Source: Candidatus Aenigmatarchaeota archaeon (lineage in GTDB: Archaea > EX4484-52). Taken from it: 64,000 bases of DNA. A program made the position numbers and the translations under genes. The DNA is taken from contig JAGLPV010000015.1 of the NCBI GenBank assembly GCA_023137195.1, forward strand, positions 1-64,000. Reading direction: 5' to 3'. The notes below the pieces were generated by a model that was not told where the DNA came from, searched no databases, and saw nothing but the letters and a program-made list of their open reading frames with translations. Positions 36,771-46,876 of this stretch are shown in pieces (position 1 is the first letter of the stretch; the number at the start of each line of letters is the position of its first letter).

Positions 36771-37922
36771 TTAGAGCAATCCAAGCAGGTACGGCAGTGC
36801 GATGAATGTAGCGATAGAACTTCCGATATTGGCAAATAAGACAACCAAAAGAATTCTTGAAATCCTGTTTTTCCAAAAACCACCCACACTTGTTAGTTGA
36901 CTGAGTTTCTCAAAGTCCTTGACCTTTGGTTCTCTTAGTCTTGCCTCGACATATCCTCCAACAATGCCTGCAGCTATTGTAGGATTGAGGGACGTGAACG
37001 GAGCGGCAAAGAAGACAGCTATTATTGTGAGTGGATGTGGGAGGCTGAAAGATACTGCCAATGCACTAAGCACACCATTGATAATAAACCAGTACCATAT
37101 CATCGAGAGAGCAACATCTGTTGATTTGCCGAAAGCAAAACCAGCCAATATTATTCCAATGACTATTGCAGGAATCAAATAATTTATTGTCTTTAATAAT
37201 TTCGATTTTTTTGGGATTTTTTCAAGCGGTTTTATGTCCTGTTTTTTTTTCAGGTGTTTTTTTATGCCTTTTATATGCCCTGCCCCGACTACTGCAACTA
37301 TTTTTTTGCCTTTTGAGTCAAGTATTTTGTTTGCGATGTAGATATCTCTTTCATCAATTAGAACTTTTTTTGCATCAGGCATTTGTTTCCCTAGTTCCTC
37401 TACCATGTGACTCATCATGTCTTTTGCTTTCATTTCCTCAATTGTTTTTTCATCCACTTCTTCTGAAATGATGAGTCCTTCCATAAGCCCGTAGAATAAT
37501 TTTGCTTTTTCAGTAAATTTTGCTTTTGACCATGCTCTCTTTAGGGTAATCTGGATGTCCCTGTCGAGCAGGGCAATTTTTGCCTTTTGCTTTTTTGCGG
37601 CATTGATTGCCTCAATCATCTCTGCCCCGGGTATCACTTCAACATTTGCGCCCATTCTTTTTTGAAATATTCCAAGAAGCAGGTTTGTCAAAAATAAGTA
37701 TGTCTTGCCTTCTTTAATGATTTGCGTGATTTTTGTGTTCTGCCATTTCTTCTTGTCTGTCAATGTCTTGTACCTGTTTTCGCACAGTTCTACTCCAACA
37801 ACATCCGGCTTTTCCTTTTTAATTGTTTCATTGACGAGTTCTACGCTTTTTTTTGAGATATGGGCAGTCCCAACCAGGATTATTTCCTTGTCCTTTAGTT
37901 TTATCCTGTCGATATTATTCAT
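36771..37922 (-). CDS. TraB/PrgY (pheromone shutdown-related) family protein
   Basis: LVGTAHIS, VELC, PGAEM, LDRDIQITL, LIDERD, VVGAGH, followed by TM helices. Confidence 0.92.
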   Translation of the reverse strand: MNNIDRIKLKDKEIILVGTAHISKKSVELVNETIKKEKPDVVGVELCENRYKTLTDKKKWQNTKITQIIKEGKTYLFLTNLLLGIFQKRMGANVEVIPGAEMIEAINAAKKQKAKIALLDRDIQITLKRAWSKAKFTEKAKLFYGLMEGLIISEEVDEKTIEEMKAKDMMSHMVEELGKQMPDAKKVLIDERDIYIANKILDSKGKKIVAVVGAGHIKGIKKHLKKKQDIKPLEKIPKKSKLLKTINYLIPAIVIGIILAGFAFGKSTDVALSMIWYWFIINGVLSALAVSFSLPHPLTIIAVFFAAPFTSLNPTIAAGIVGGYVEARLREPKVKDFEKLSQLTSVGGFWKNRISRILLVVLFANIGSSIATFIALPYLLGLL

Positions 37923-37953
37923 ATTCTTTTAAATCTAATTTGTTTAAAAATAT

Positions 37954-38940
37954 ATGCAAATAAAATGTCTGGGGATTGAGTCTACTGCACATACATTCGG
38001 AGCAGGCGTGGTGTCTTTTAACGGCGAGGATAAATTCGAGATTTTATCGAGTCAAAAGGCCTGCTACTTTGAAAAAGAAGGTATCCGACCTACCCTGGCA
38101 GCCCAGCACCATACGCAAAAAGCGCCGGAGACAATAAAGGTTGCATTGAAAGAAGCAGACATGAAAATGACAGATATAGATATAATTGCTTATTCAATCG
38201 GTCCGGGAATGACCCCGTGCCTGATTGTCGGTTCAACAGCAGCCAAGATTCTGGCATTAAAGCACAAAAAGCCATTGGTGGCTGTGAATCATTGTGTCGC
38301 CCACATAGATATTGCAAAAGAAATGACCGAATGCAAAGAGGCATTTGTCGCTGTTTTTGTCTCAGGAGGAAATTCCCAGATACTCTCGAAAACAGAAGGC
38401 AGATACAGGATTTTCGGGGAGACGCAGGATATTGCTGTTGGAAATGCAATAGACAAGTTTGCAAGAAGTGTTGATTTAGGATTTCCCGGCGGTCCGGTAG
38501 TGGAAAAATTAGCAAAAGACGGCAAATACATAGGACTGCCTTATTCAGTAAAAGGTTGCGATTTCTCATTCGCCGGCATTGAGACCCAGGCAGAAAGGAC
38601 ATTAAAGACCAATAGAATTGAGGATGTATGCTATTCTATGCAGGAAGTTATGTTCTCTGCTATTTGCGAGAGTGCAGAGCGGGTTCTGGGACATTTAAAA
38701 CTAAAGACTCTTGTTTTATGCGGCGGCGTTGCAAGAAACAAGACACTACAGGAAAAATTAAAGATAATGACCTCTGAGCGGGATGCAAAAGTGTTTTGTG
38801 TCCCTGGTGAATATGCGGGCGACAATGGGGCGATGATTGCAATTACCGGGATTAAAAATTATCTAAAGAAAATAAATTGTTTTGATAAAAAAGATATTCG
38901 CAAAACAGCAGTAATTCCAAAAATAAGGATTGACCAGTGA
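37954..38940 (+). CDS. kae1: KEOPS tRNA t6A N6-threonylcarbamoyltransferase Kae1
   Basis: LGIESTAHT, GPG, VNHCVAH, VSGGN, GETQDIAVGN, GGVA, DNGAMIA. Confidence 0.95.
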   Translation: MQIKCLGIESTAHTFGAGVVSFNGEDKFEILSSQKACYFEKEGIRPTLAAQHHTQKAPETIKVALKEADMKMTDIDIIAYSIGPGMTPCLIVGSTAAKILALKHKKPLVAVNHCVAHIDIAKEMTECKEAFVAVFVSGGNSQILSKTEGRYRIFGETQDIAVGNAIDKFARSVDLGFPGGPVVEKLAKDGKYIGLPYSVKGCDFSFAGIETQAERTLKTNRIEDVCYSMQEVMFSAICESAERVLGHLKLKTLVLCGGVARNKTLQEKLKIMTSERDAKVFCVPGEYAGDNGAMIAITGIKNYLKKINCFDKKDIRKTAVIPKIRIDQ

Positions 38941-38953
38941 AATGAGTTTGTTT

Positions 38954-39352
38954 TTATTTTTTACCGACTGTTTCTCTTAGTTCCTTTTGCATATCTATGA
39001 CTTTTTGCCTTAGTTCAGAATACATTTTTTTGATGGACTCTTCCTGTTTGGTTAGTTGTTTTTGTCTCAGGGTTATTTTATCCTTTTCTTCTTCAAGCTC
39101 TGTCTTAATTTCATCAAATGGTTTTTTCAACAGAATCATGCCGTAGAATCGATATACTTCTTTTGGCTTTTTTTTCAACTCTTCCATGGAAATTTCTATT
39201 CCTTTCATGTCAAGATTCATCTTCTCGTTTGTATACATTATATTTGAGAGCATCTTTTCATATTTTTGCAAAGCAACGATATTTTCCCTCAATTGGGATT
39301 CGCATTGTTTGGCTTCTGCCTGGTTTGTTTTTATGTGAATATCTTGTTCCAT
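38954..39352 (-). CDS. pfdB: Prefoldin beta subunit
   Basis: Coiled coil - EVYRFYGMILLK hairpin - coiled coil. Confidence 0.75.
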   Translation of the reverse strand: MEQDIHIKTNQAEAKQCESQLRENIVALQKYEKMLSNIMYTNEKMNLDMKGIEISMEELKKKPKEVYRFYGMILLKKPFDEIKTELEEEKDKITLRQKQLTKQEESIKKMYSELRQKVIDMQKELRETVGKK

Positions 39353-39382
39353 AGACTAATATAATCAAAGAATAATTTAAAT

Positions 39383-40405
39383 TTATCCATTTAGGTAATC
39401 TTTCCTTCTTGCAAATAGAGACAAAAACATTAGTCCTACAGATAAAAACATTACCGGGAACTCAGGAATTATCGTTAAGGGAAGAAAATCTATATTGTCT
39501 CCTCCACTTATATTGTGGGGTATTTCGCCAAATCCATCGCCGTCTGTGTCAGGATATGGATAATCCGAGAAGTAATTTCCTCCAATGTATGGTCCCCCGA
39601 TTATGTTTGGTCCTGTTGAGTTTGTTGTGTTCCAGGAATTGCTTCCTGTATCTATTGCATTGCATGTATTGTTGGCAAAGATATTGTTGAATATAAGATT
39701 AGAGTTGCAGTTTGATGTAAGGTAAACCCCTTTGAATGCATTATATGATACCTTGTTGTCATTCACTTCATTATTGTCTGAAGAACTCTGGAATTTTATC
39801 CCCTGCATATTGTTGTAGATGGTGTTGTATTCTATGTCATTGTTATTGCTTTCTCCAACAAAAATACCGTCAAGAGTATTGTGGTGTATTTCATTATTAT
39901 AGATGTGTCCTTGGTTTGTTTGCCAGAACTTGATGCCGTATCCAAACAGGTGATAATATATTTCATTGTCATATATTTTGGTATTTGTACTTCCAGTGAA
40001 TAAAACGCCCGTCATTTTATTGTGGTATATTTCGTTATTGTGTATGGCTGCGTTGTTTGTATTATGGAATTCAATAGCATAATCCCACATTTTGATTTCG
40101 CAGTTCTTTACAGTACTGTTTTCCATCTCAGAATATACAGCTGCGCTTATTACTGTGGTTAATTTGCCTTGTATAGAATAATTGGCGGGGTCATAGAGCA
40201 TATATCCTTTGCAGTCAAAGGTTACATTGTCTGCCTGTATATCTATGCATTTTCTTATAGGTCCTGTGATTATATCTCCAGTCATGTAATATTCTCCAGG
40301 AGTAGTTATTGTTGTACAGCCGGTAATCGCTGTAGCAGCACTTGCCGTCTGCAAAAGCATAGAACTGATTATCAAAATAGTTAGAATAAATATTGTTTTT
40401 TTCAT
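39383..40405 (-). CDS. NosD/CASH beta-helix surface protein with PEF-CTERM sorting signal (paralog 4)
   Basis: Signal peptide, I.NN.I..N..GI repeats, GPNIIGGPYIGGNYFSDY, IPEFP-TM-RRK. Confidence 0.85.
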   Translation of the reverse strand: MKKTIFILTILIISSMLLQTASAATAITGCTTITTPGEYYMTGDIITGPIRKCIDIQADNVTFDCKGYMLYDPANYSIQGKLTTVISAAVYSEMENSTVKNCEIKMWDYAIEFHNTNNAAIHNNEIYHNKMTGVLFTGSTNTKIYDNEIYYHLFGYGIKFWQTNQGHIYNNEIHHNTLDGIFVGESNNNDIEYNTIYNNMQGIKFQSSSDNNEVNDNKVSYNAFKGVYLTSNCNSNLIFNNIFANNTCNAIDTGSNSWNTTNSTGPNIIGGPYIGGNYFSDYPYPDTDGDGFGEIPHNISGGDNIDFLPLTIIPEFPVMFLSVGLMFLSLFARRKDYLNG

Positions 40406-40410
40406 AGATA

Positions 40411-40455
40411 CCACTTATTGTTACCATTATTAGGTAGTAAATTATAAAAAGATAA
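40411..40455 (-). promoter_or_regulatory. Duplicated promoter block of the beta-helix genes (copies at 41666-41710 and 43644-43688)
   Basis: Minus strand reads TTTTTATAATTTACYACCY.W.AATRGTAACAATAA, a TATA-like box conserved before three paralogs. Confidence 0.65.
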
Positions 40456-41658
40456 TCATTTGAAGGAACAGCATCCATTTGCTCTTCTTGCAAACAAAGA
40501 CAAAAACACAATCCCGAATGATAAAAATATTGTCGGAACTTCAGGAATCAGAGGAAGATTATCCTGGCTGTATCCTCCCTCAATATCATAATGTGTTTCT
40601 CCGAAGCCGTCTCCATCTGTATCATTGCCGGGATAGTCCGAAAAGTAATTTCCTCCAATGTATGGTCCCCCGATTATGTTTGGTCCGCTCTGGTTTACAG
40701 CATTCCATGTATTGGCACTCAGGTACTCTTTAGTATTGTTTACATTGTCAAAGTAATTGTTGTAAATCAGGTTGTTATTTGATCTATCTATGTGTATGCC
40801 ATTCCACCCGTTGTTTTGCACGATATTGCTTCTTATTGTATTATCTTCACTTTCCTGTTTGACATATATTCCTTTCTTTATGTTATTTTTGACGATATTG
40901 CTTTTCACAAGATTGTTGGTGCAATAATTTTGCAGTATGATTCCGTATTGGTTTTCTGATGCGTTGTTGTCTATCACGCTGTTTTGATTGTTTGAAGAAA
41001 ATAAATATATTCCATTGTAATTGTCATACACTGTATTGTTTGATACTATGTTGTGAGTGGATAAGGTCAGGTAAATGCCCTCGTCGTTATCATATACATC
41101 ATTAGCCGATATGTTGTTGTTGCCGCAGTAAGACATATATATGCCTTTTTCGTTCAATAGCATAGTATTGTCTTTCACTATGCAGTTTTGTGAATATCCC
41201 ATGCATATACCTTTGTTGTTTGATTCAACATTGTTGTTTTTTACCATTAGATTATCTGAATGCCATGTGTGGATTCCAAAGTAGTTGTCTGAAACATTGT
41301 TGTCTGTCAATGTATTGTTGTCTGCGTTATTTAGGTATATTCCATATCTCCAGTCAGTGACTACGCAGTTTTTTATTGTGATGTTTGTATCTGTTGCAGA
41401 TGTTCTGTCAATGAGTATTCCTTTTGTCGTATAACTGTCGACCCCGTCAATTATATTGTTCTGGCAGTCCAGGACGACGTTATTTGCTGTTATGTCAATA
41501 CATACTGTATTTCCGGAATTAATTATATTACTGCTTAAGTAATATTCCCCGGGAGAAGTTATTGTTGTGCATGAAGTAATCGCTGTAGCAGCACTTGCTG
41601 TCTGCAAAAGCATAGAACTGATTATCAAAACAGTCAGAATAAATATTGTTTTTTTCAT
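40456..41658 (-). CDS. NosD/CASH beta-helix surface protein, PEF-CTERM variant PEV (paralog 3)
   Basis: Same N-terminus and C-terminal GPNIIGGPYIGGNY block as its neighbours; IPEVP-TM-RR. Confidence 0.85.
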   Translation of the reverse strand: MKKTIFILTVLIISSMLLQTASAATAITSCTTITSPGEYYLSSNIINSGNTVCIDITANNVVLDCQNNIIDGVDSYTTKGILIDRTSATDTNITIKNCVVTDWRYGIYLNNADNNTLTDNNVSDNYFGIHTWHSDNLMVKNNNVESNNKGICMGYSQNCIVKDNTMLLNEKGIYMSYCGNNNISANDVYDNDEGIYLTLSTHNIVSNNTVYDNYNGIYLFSSNNQNSVIDNNASENQYGIILQNYCTNNLVKSNIVKNNIKKGIYVKQESEDNTIRSNIVQNNGWNGIHIDRSNNNLIYNNYFDNVNNTKEYLSANTWNAVNQSGPNIIGGPYIGGNYFSDYPGNDTDGDGFGETHYDIEGGYSQDNLPLIPEVPTIFLSFGIVFLSLFARRANGCCSFK

Positions 41659-41724
41659 TGTATTACTCCTTATTGTTACTATTATAGGGTGGTAAATTAT
41701 AAAAAGATGAGGGTATTGAAGCCA

Positions 41725-42579
41725 TTAAATAAGATTTCTTCTTGCAAACAGGGACAAAAACATTAGTCCTACGGATAAAAACATTGCCGGGAATTCGGGA
41801 ATAACCAGCGGAAGATAATCCCTGTTTTGTCCGCCAATATTATCATAAGGTGTTTCTCCAAATCCATCTCCGTTTTCGTCAACTCCATCATAGTCAGAGT
41901 AGTAATTTCCCCCGATATAAGGACCGCCTATTATATTTGGTCCTGTTGAGTTTGTTGTGTTCCAGAAGTTGTTTCCCTTTCCTGCATCCTTCCCGTCATG
42001 GTTATTGCCGGCAAGATAGTTGTTGTAGATTAGGTTTGAAAAGCAATTGCTTTCAACATAAATCCCGTTAATTTTATTGTAGGTTGCAATATTGTTTTTT
42101 ATCTCATTTTCATTGGAATTATCGTTAAGTTTTATTCCATACTGGTTGTAGCTTGCGTTGTTGTCCGACAGGACGTTGTATTTGCTTTCTTTCAAAAGAA
42201 TGCCGCTTGCCTTATTTGAATATGGTTCATTGTTGTGGATTGTTCCGTTGTTTGCATTGTAAAAGACGATGCCGTTATTCCAGTCGCTGACAATGCAGTT
42301 TTTTATAGTAGTCATATTCTGGTTTGAATATATGCCATAAGTATTTGATTTGCCTGTTCCGTCAATAACATTATCTCCACAGTCCAGAGTAATATTTTTT
42401 GCCGTTATTTCAATGCATTTTCCTGCACCAGAGTTATCAATTATGCTCTCATTCAAATAATAATGCTCGTTTTCTACATTGAGTGTTTGGCATTTGTTGA
42501 TATTTTCCAAAGCATCAACATTTTGCAAAAGCAAAAGACTCATCATTAAGACACATGCGAGAAACGTCTTTTTATTCAT
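41725..42579 (-). CDS. NosD/CASH beta-helix surface protein with PEF-CTERM (paralog 2, different signal peptide)
   Basis: Beta-helix repeats, GPNIIGGPYIGGNYYSDY, IPEFP-TM-RR. Confidence 0.85.
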   Translation of the reverse strand: MNKKTFLACVLMMSLLLLQNVDALENINKCQTLNVENEHYYLNESIIDNSGAGKCIEITAKNITLDCGDNVIDGTGKSNTYGIYSNQNMTTIKNCIVSDWNNGIVFYNANNGTIHNNEPYSNKASGILLKESKYNVLSDNNASYNQYGIKLNDNSNENEIKNNIATYNKINGIYVESNCFSNLIYNNYLAGNNHDGKDAGKGNNFWNTTNSTGPNIIGGPYIGGNYYSDYDGVDENGDGFGETPYDNIGGQNRDYLPLVIPEFPAMFLSVGLMFLSLFARRNLI

Positions 42580-43574
42580 AATAAACCATTTTTTCTTCTT
42601 ACAAACAGAGACAAAAATATTAGTCCTACTGATAAAAACATTACAGGGAACTCGGGAATTACCAGAGGAAGATAATCGCTGTTACATCCCCATTTAATTT
42701 TATATGGTGTTTCTCCAAAACCATCTCCATTTGTATCATTGCCGGTATAATCCGAGAAATAATTTCCCCCGATGTATGGTCCGCCAATTATGTTTGGTCC
42801 TGTCTGGTTTGTGGTATTCCATGAGTTTTTCCCATAGCTACGGTCAGAAGCACTATATGTATTGTTGGCCACATAGTTGTTGAATATCCTGTTACTTATC
42901 GAATCACAGGATATGTGAATCCCGTTCAAAGCATTAAAAGAGATATTATTATTCCTGATTTCATTTTTGTCGGAATCTGTTTGAACTGATATTCCATTTT
43001 CGTTATTGTGGATTGTGTTGTTTTTTACATTGTTCTGGTTGCTCCGGGATAAATAAATGCCGCTTCCTTCGTTAGAATGCATTTCATTGTCATATATATT
43101 TCCCCAATATGTCTTCCATAAATCAAGACCATGAGCTATTGTAGACCCGTGTATTTCATTATCATGTATATTCGGATATGTGCATTCCACCAGACGAATA
43201 CCTGACATTTTGCAATAAAGTATATCATTATAGCTTATATTTGCGTTCTCTGTTCCACCTAAAGTAATCCCGGAAGACCATCCCCGGATAACGCAATTGG
43301 TGATAGTAACATCATCTTTTTCGGAAAATATCCCTGTGGTGGTGGAAAAGAACCCATTATAACGAATCATGTGACCTTCGCAGTTTAATGTAACATTGTC
43401 TGCATTTATTTCAATGCATTTTTGCACACAGTTTGTGGTTATATCTCCTGACAGGTAATATTCTCCCGGAGAAGTTATTTTAGTACATGAAGTAATTGCT
43501 GTGGCGGCACTTGCCGTCTGCAAAAGCATAGAACTGATTATCATAACAGTCATAACAAATATTGTTTTTTTCAT
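42576..43574 (-). CDS. NosD/CASH beta-helix surface protein with PEF-CTERM (paralog 1)
   Basis: MKKTIF...LLQTASAATAITSC, beta-helix repeats, IPEFP-TM-RRK. Confidence 0.85.
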   Translation of the reverse strand: MKKTIFVMTVMIISSMLLQTASAATAITSCTKITSPGEYYLSGDITTNCVQKCIEINADNVTLNCEGHMIRYNGFFSTTTGIFSEKDDVTITNCVIRGWSSGITLGGTENANISYNDILYCKMSGIRLVECTYPNIHDNEIHGSTIAHGLDLWKTYWGNIYDNEMHSNEGSGIYLSRSNQNNVKNNTIHNNENGISVQTDSDKNEIRNNNISFNALNGIHISCDSISNRIFNNYVANNTYSASDRSYGKNSWNTTNQTGPNIIGGPYIGGNYFSDYTGNDTNGDGFGETPYKIKWGCNSDYLPLVIPEFPVMFLSVGLIFLSLFVRRKNGLL

Positions 43575-43735
43575 TGTTATTCACCTTATATTCTGATACA
43601 ATATTAAAAATTCTGCACAATAGCAGGAGTTTTATTGTAAATACCATTTATTGTTACTATTATATGGTGGTAAATTATAAAAACATTCCTACCCGCGGAC
43701 ATAATATTTATATACTTTCTTTTTCTATTCCAATT

Positions 43736-44155
43736 ATGGATAATATAATTGCAATAATAATGGGCTCTGAGGGCGACAGGGATTTTGTAAAAAAGATAGA
43801 AGATGAATTGAAAGGATTTGATGCGGCTTTCCAGACGAAAGTGGCTTCTGCGCACAAGACGCCTGCTCTTGTATTGAAGACAATTGCAGAATATGATAAA
43901 AAATATGATAATGTCGTCTATATAACTGTCGCGGGACTTTCAAATGGTCTTAGTGGTGTTGTTGCTGCCAATACGAAAAATCCTGTGATTGCATGTCCTC
44001 CGTTGAATGACCAGAATTATATGATTGATGTTCATTCTACTCTTAGGATGCCTTCCAAAGTGCCTTCTATGTGCGTGCTGAATCCTAAAAACGCGGCTCT
44101 TGCGGCTGTAAGAATCCTTGCAATAGAAGATAAAAAGTTGAAAGAAAAATTATAA
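43736..44155 (+). CDS. purE: AIR carboxylase PurE (class II-like, short C-terminus)
   Basis: IIMGSEGD, VASAHKTP, VAGLSNGL, PVIACPP, STLRMPS, NAALAA. ATG at 43736. Confidence 0.9.
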   Translation: MDNIIAIIMGSEGDRDFVKKIEDELKGFDAAFQTKVASAHKTPALVLKTIAEYDKKYDNVVYITVAGLSNGLSGVVAANTKNPVIACPPLNDQNYMIDVHSTLRMPSKVPSMCVLNPKNAALAAVRILAIEDKKLKEKL

Positions 44156-44557
44156 CCCAATCAAAACAACAGCCACCGCACCAAACACAACCCCTAACCC
44201 CTGCGTAAAGCTTATTTTCTCTGCAAGGAAAAGCACCGCAATTATTGTTGTTATCAAAAAACTTAAACCCCTCAATGTTGTTGCGACGCTTATTTTGCCA
44301 AGAGTGACAGAAGAAACAAACGCGATAAAAGCAAGACCTGCAATGACCCCGGCAATTGCCGAATATTCAAAACCTTTCATGGCGATATATTTTTGCCTGT
44401 AAAACACCCAGAAAAGAAAGATAGTAAATGTCATAAAACACGATACGACCAGGGTCAATGATACAGAATCAATGGACGGGCTTGCAAGCTTGTAAATGAT
44501 GGCAGTTACGCCATAACCAATCATTGCAATAATGCCCAGTATAAAATATAGTTCCAT
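44150..44557 (-). CDS. Single-domain EamA/DMT transporter
   Basis: About five TM helices; GKISVAT...LFLAEKIS...G motif. Confidence 0.8.
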   Translation of the reverse strand: MELYFILGIIAMIGYGVTAIIYKLASPSIDSVSLTLVVSCFMTFTIFLFWVFYRQKYIAMKGFEYSAIAGVIAGLAFIAFVSSVTLGKISVATTLRGLSFLITTIIAVLFLAEKISFTQGLGVVFGAVAVVLIGL

Positions 44558-44579
44558 TTTCTTGGTTGTTTACAAAATA

Positions 44580-45542
44580 TTATAAATTTGCTTTTTCGTT
44601 ATTGCAGGAATAATACATAACCCCTTGCTTAGTTCTCGTGCTTACCTGCCCTTTCTCAACAAAATCATCTATCATTTCCTCAAGATTTCCTTTCCCGAAC
44701 CGGGTAATCAAATCTTCTTTTGTGCATGGTCTGCGCTTCAGTAAATCCAGGACATCTTTTTCTTCTGTTTTAGACCTTTCGCCCCCAACAACAACAGGTC
44801 TGTTTTTCTTATAATAAACAACCTGAATTTTTGTTTCTCTATTTATCTGTCCTGCGATTTCTTCCAGCCTCTCGGGAGGCAATGCCATTAGTTTTTCACT
44901 GCCTGATGGTCTGTAGGCAGTTCCAAGGAATATTTCTATAGGTTTTACTTCGTTTATTTTTTTATAAATCTCTATTAATGATTTGATACTTTCCTCATCT
45001 GCATTGGTTAACTTTTTGAATGAAAATAATAATGTCTGTATTGCGACCCGTGTATGTATCTCTTTAATGCCTTCAACTATGTTGTTTAAGTTAATTCCCC
45101 GGCATGGTTGATTTATTTTTCCAAATAATTTTTGTGTGCCTGCATCTATTTTTGCTATCACCAGATCGCATTTGTTCAGACCTCTTCTTACTTCTTTGTT
45201 TGGAATAAGAGAACTATTGGTCAGGACAGCAAGAGGAATGTCTGTCATCTGTTTTATTTTGTCCGCCACGCGCCCCAAGGTTAGGTTGAGTGTTGGTTCT
45301 CCCTGACCTGAAAAAGTTATGTAATCTGGCTTTGTCTGTTTTATTTTTGTTTTTAAAACATCAAACTCATGTTCGGCAATATCCATATGTTTCGGGTGTA
45401 TGGTTCTAAACGCATTGTGACCTAACTGGCAATAAAGGCAGTCGTAGGAACATATTTTCGAGTAACTTTTTGGTGGTTCTACTAAGTCAACGCCCAATGA
45501 ATTTCCAAGTCTCCATGAAGGGACAGGTCCGTAAATTTTCAT
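44580..45542 (-). CDS. Radical SAM Fe-S oxidoreductase (COG0731-like)
   Basis: YGPVPSWRLGNSLGVDL, CSYDCLYC, FSGQGEPTL, LTNSS, C-terminal RRPC. Confidence 0.88.
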   Translation of the reverse strand: MKIYGPVPSWRLGNSLGVDLVEPPKSYSKICSYDCLYCQLGHNAFRTIHPKHMDIAEHEFDVLKTKIKQTKPDYITFSGQGEPTLNLTLGRVADKIKQMTDIPLAVLTNSSLIPNKEVRRGLNKCDLVIAKIDAGTQKLFGKINQPCRGINLNNIVEGIKEIHTRVAIQTLLFSFKKLTNADEESIKSLIEIYKKINEVKPIEIFLGTAYRPSGSEKLMALPPERLEEIAGQINRETKIQVVYYKKNRPVVVGGERSKTEEKDVLDLLKRRPCTKEDLITRFGKGNLEEMIDDFVEKGQVSTRTKQGVMYYSCNNEKANL

Positions 45543-45612
45543 GTATGTATAATAAATAAAATTTTATATTTCTTGGGTATCTTTATATATTTTTATATGT
45601 ATTAAAGATATT

Positions 45613-46731
45613 ATGATTTTATCTGCTGGTGAAGAAGAAAAAGACACCCTGACGAATATTGAAGCAGAAAAAATACTAAGTGATGTCCAGAACCAGATAA
45701 ATGACATAAAATATGCTCATGTCAAGGAAGAGATAGTTCACGATGAAGAGCTTGTCTCTGCCGGCAACATTGTTGAAATAAACAATATTTTTGAGAATTC
45801 CCTTGTTAAAAAAGAGACTTTTAATCATCTGAACAGTGTGCTGGAGCGTTTGCATGAAACAGTGAGGCAAAAAAAGAATCTGCTTGAGATGGAGGAGAAT
45901 ATAGATGAAGCAGAAGATGGAACAATAGATAATATAGGGTCCTTTTTGGATATTGAAGAGAAAAACAAGGAAGCGAAGAAAAACATAGATTCATTAAAAA
46001 AATTCCGGGAGGAGGGCGTTCTGTCCAAACCGGCGTATGATAAATTAAGTGAAAAAATAAGCAATACTCCTGAAGGGCAGGTTATAGGGAAGGTGGAAAC
46101 TGTTTTTGATAAATTCAAGAATAATGAATTGTCCAATGCGGGCAAAGGTCTGCTCTTTACAGACAGTAGTGAATTGGAGACTGTTTTGGAAGAGATAAAA
46201 AAACCAAAAATAGAGGAGAAAGAAGTTGAAGAGGAAAAAGAACCAGAGGAAGAAGAAGTAGAGGAAGTTAAGAAGGACGAGGATGGTTTTCTTAAAAAGC
46301 TAAGAGGAAAGTTTTCGAAGATAAAGCCCCCTGCTTTTGTTTCAAAGATTGTAGACAAGATTCCTTTCATAAAGCACAAGAAAAAAGAAGTCGAGGAAAC
46401 CGAGAGTAGTGGCAACAAAGACGAAGAAAAAGAGGAATATGATAACATACTAAAACTGCCTGATTTGAGAAGAAAAACAATGAATCTAAAATTGTTTGTA
46501 AAAAAGAAAGTTCTGAAAAAAATAAAGATAGATAGCCAGATGACAAATGCTGTATTTAAGGAACACGTAAATTCAGCCAGGATAGATGAAAACCTGCGCG
46601 ATGAGATAAATGTGTATTTTGGAGACTATGGTATTTCTGAGTACATGGGTCATTTCAGTCAGACAGAGGAGGGTATTAAAAAGCTGGAGAAGGATACAAA
46701 GGCATTTCTTAGGAAGCTAGATAGTTATTAG
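45613..46731 (+). CDS. Acidic hypothetical protein
   Basis: Long E/K-rich ORF with an upstream TATA-like sequence; no recognisable motif. Confidence 0.65.
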   Translation: MILSAGEEEKDTLTNIEAEKILSDVQNQINDIKYAHVKEEIVHDEELVSAGNIVEINNIFENSLVKKETFNHLNSVLERLHETVRQKKNLLEMEENIDEAEDGTIDNIGSFLDIEEKNKEAKKNIDSLKKFREEGVLSKPAYDKLSEKISNTPEGQVIGKVETVFDKFKNNELSNAGKGLLFTDSSELETVLEEIKKPKIEEKEVEEEKEPEEEEVEEVKKDEDGFLKKLRGKFSKIKPPAFVSKIVDKIPFIKHKKKEVEETESSGNKDEEKEEYDNILKLPDLRRKTMNLKLFVKKKVLKKIKIDSQMTNAVFKEHVNSARIDENLRDEINVYFGDYGISEYMGHFSQTEEGIKKLEKDTKAFLRKLDSY

Positions 46732-46790
46732 ATGATACTAAAAGTTATGTTCTTGGCAGACATTATTTGTGCTATTTTACCATAAATTTA

Positions 46791-46876
46791 GCATCAACAT
46801 ATGCGATTAAGAGAGTTTCGGCAAAGCTGAAATTTGGGCGATGCCGAATGCAACAAAGCCCTCTTAATTGCTGTTT
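46791..46876. other. attC-like imperfect hairpin
   Basis: AACATATGCGATTAAGAG (46796) pairs with CTCTTAATTGCTGTT (46861), with inner TTCGGCA/TGCCGAA; AAC...GTT termini. Confidence 0.4.

Noticed and set aside
39383-43574. Diversity-generating retroelement targets
   Set aside because: No reverse transcriptase or template repeat is in the window, the 3' ends are the conserved parts, and differences are not adenine-restricted.
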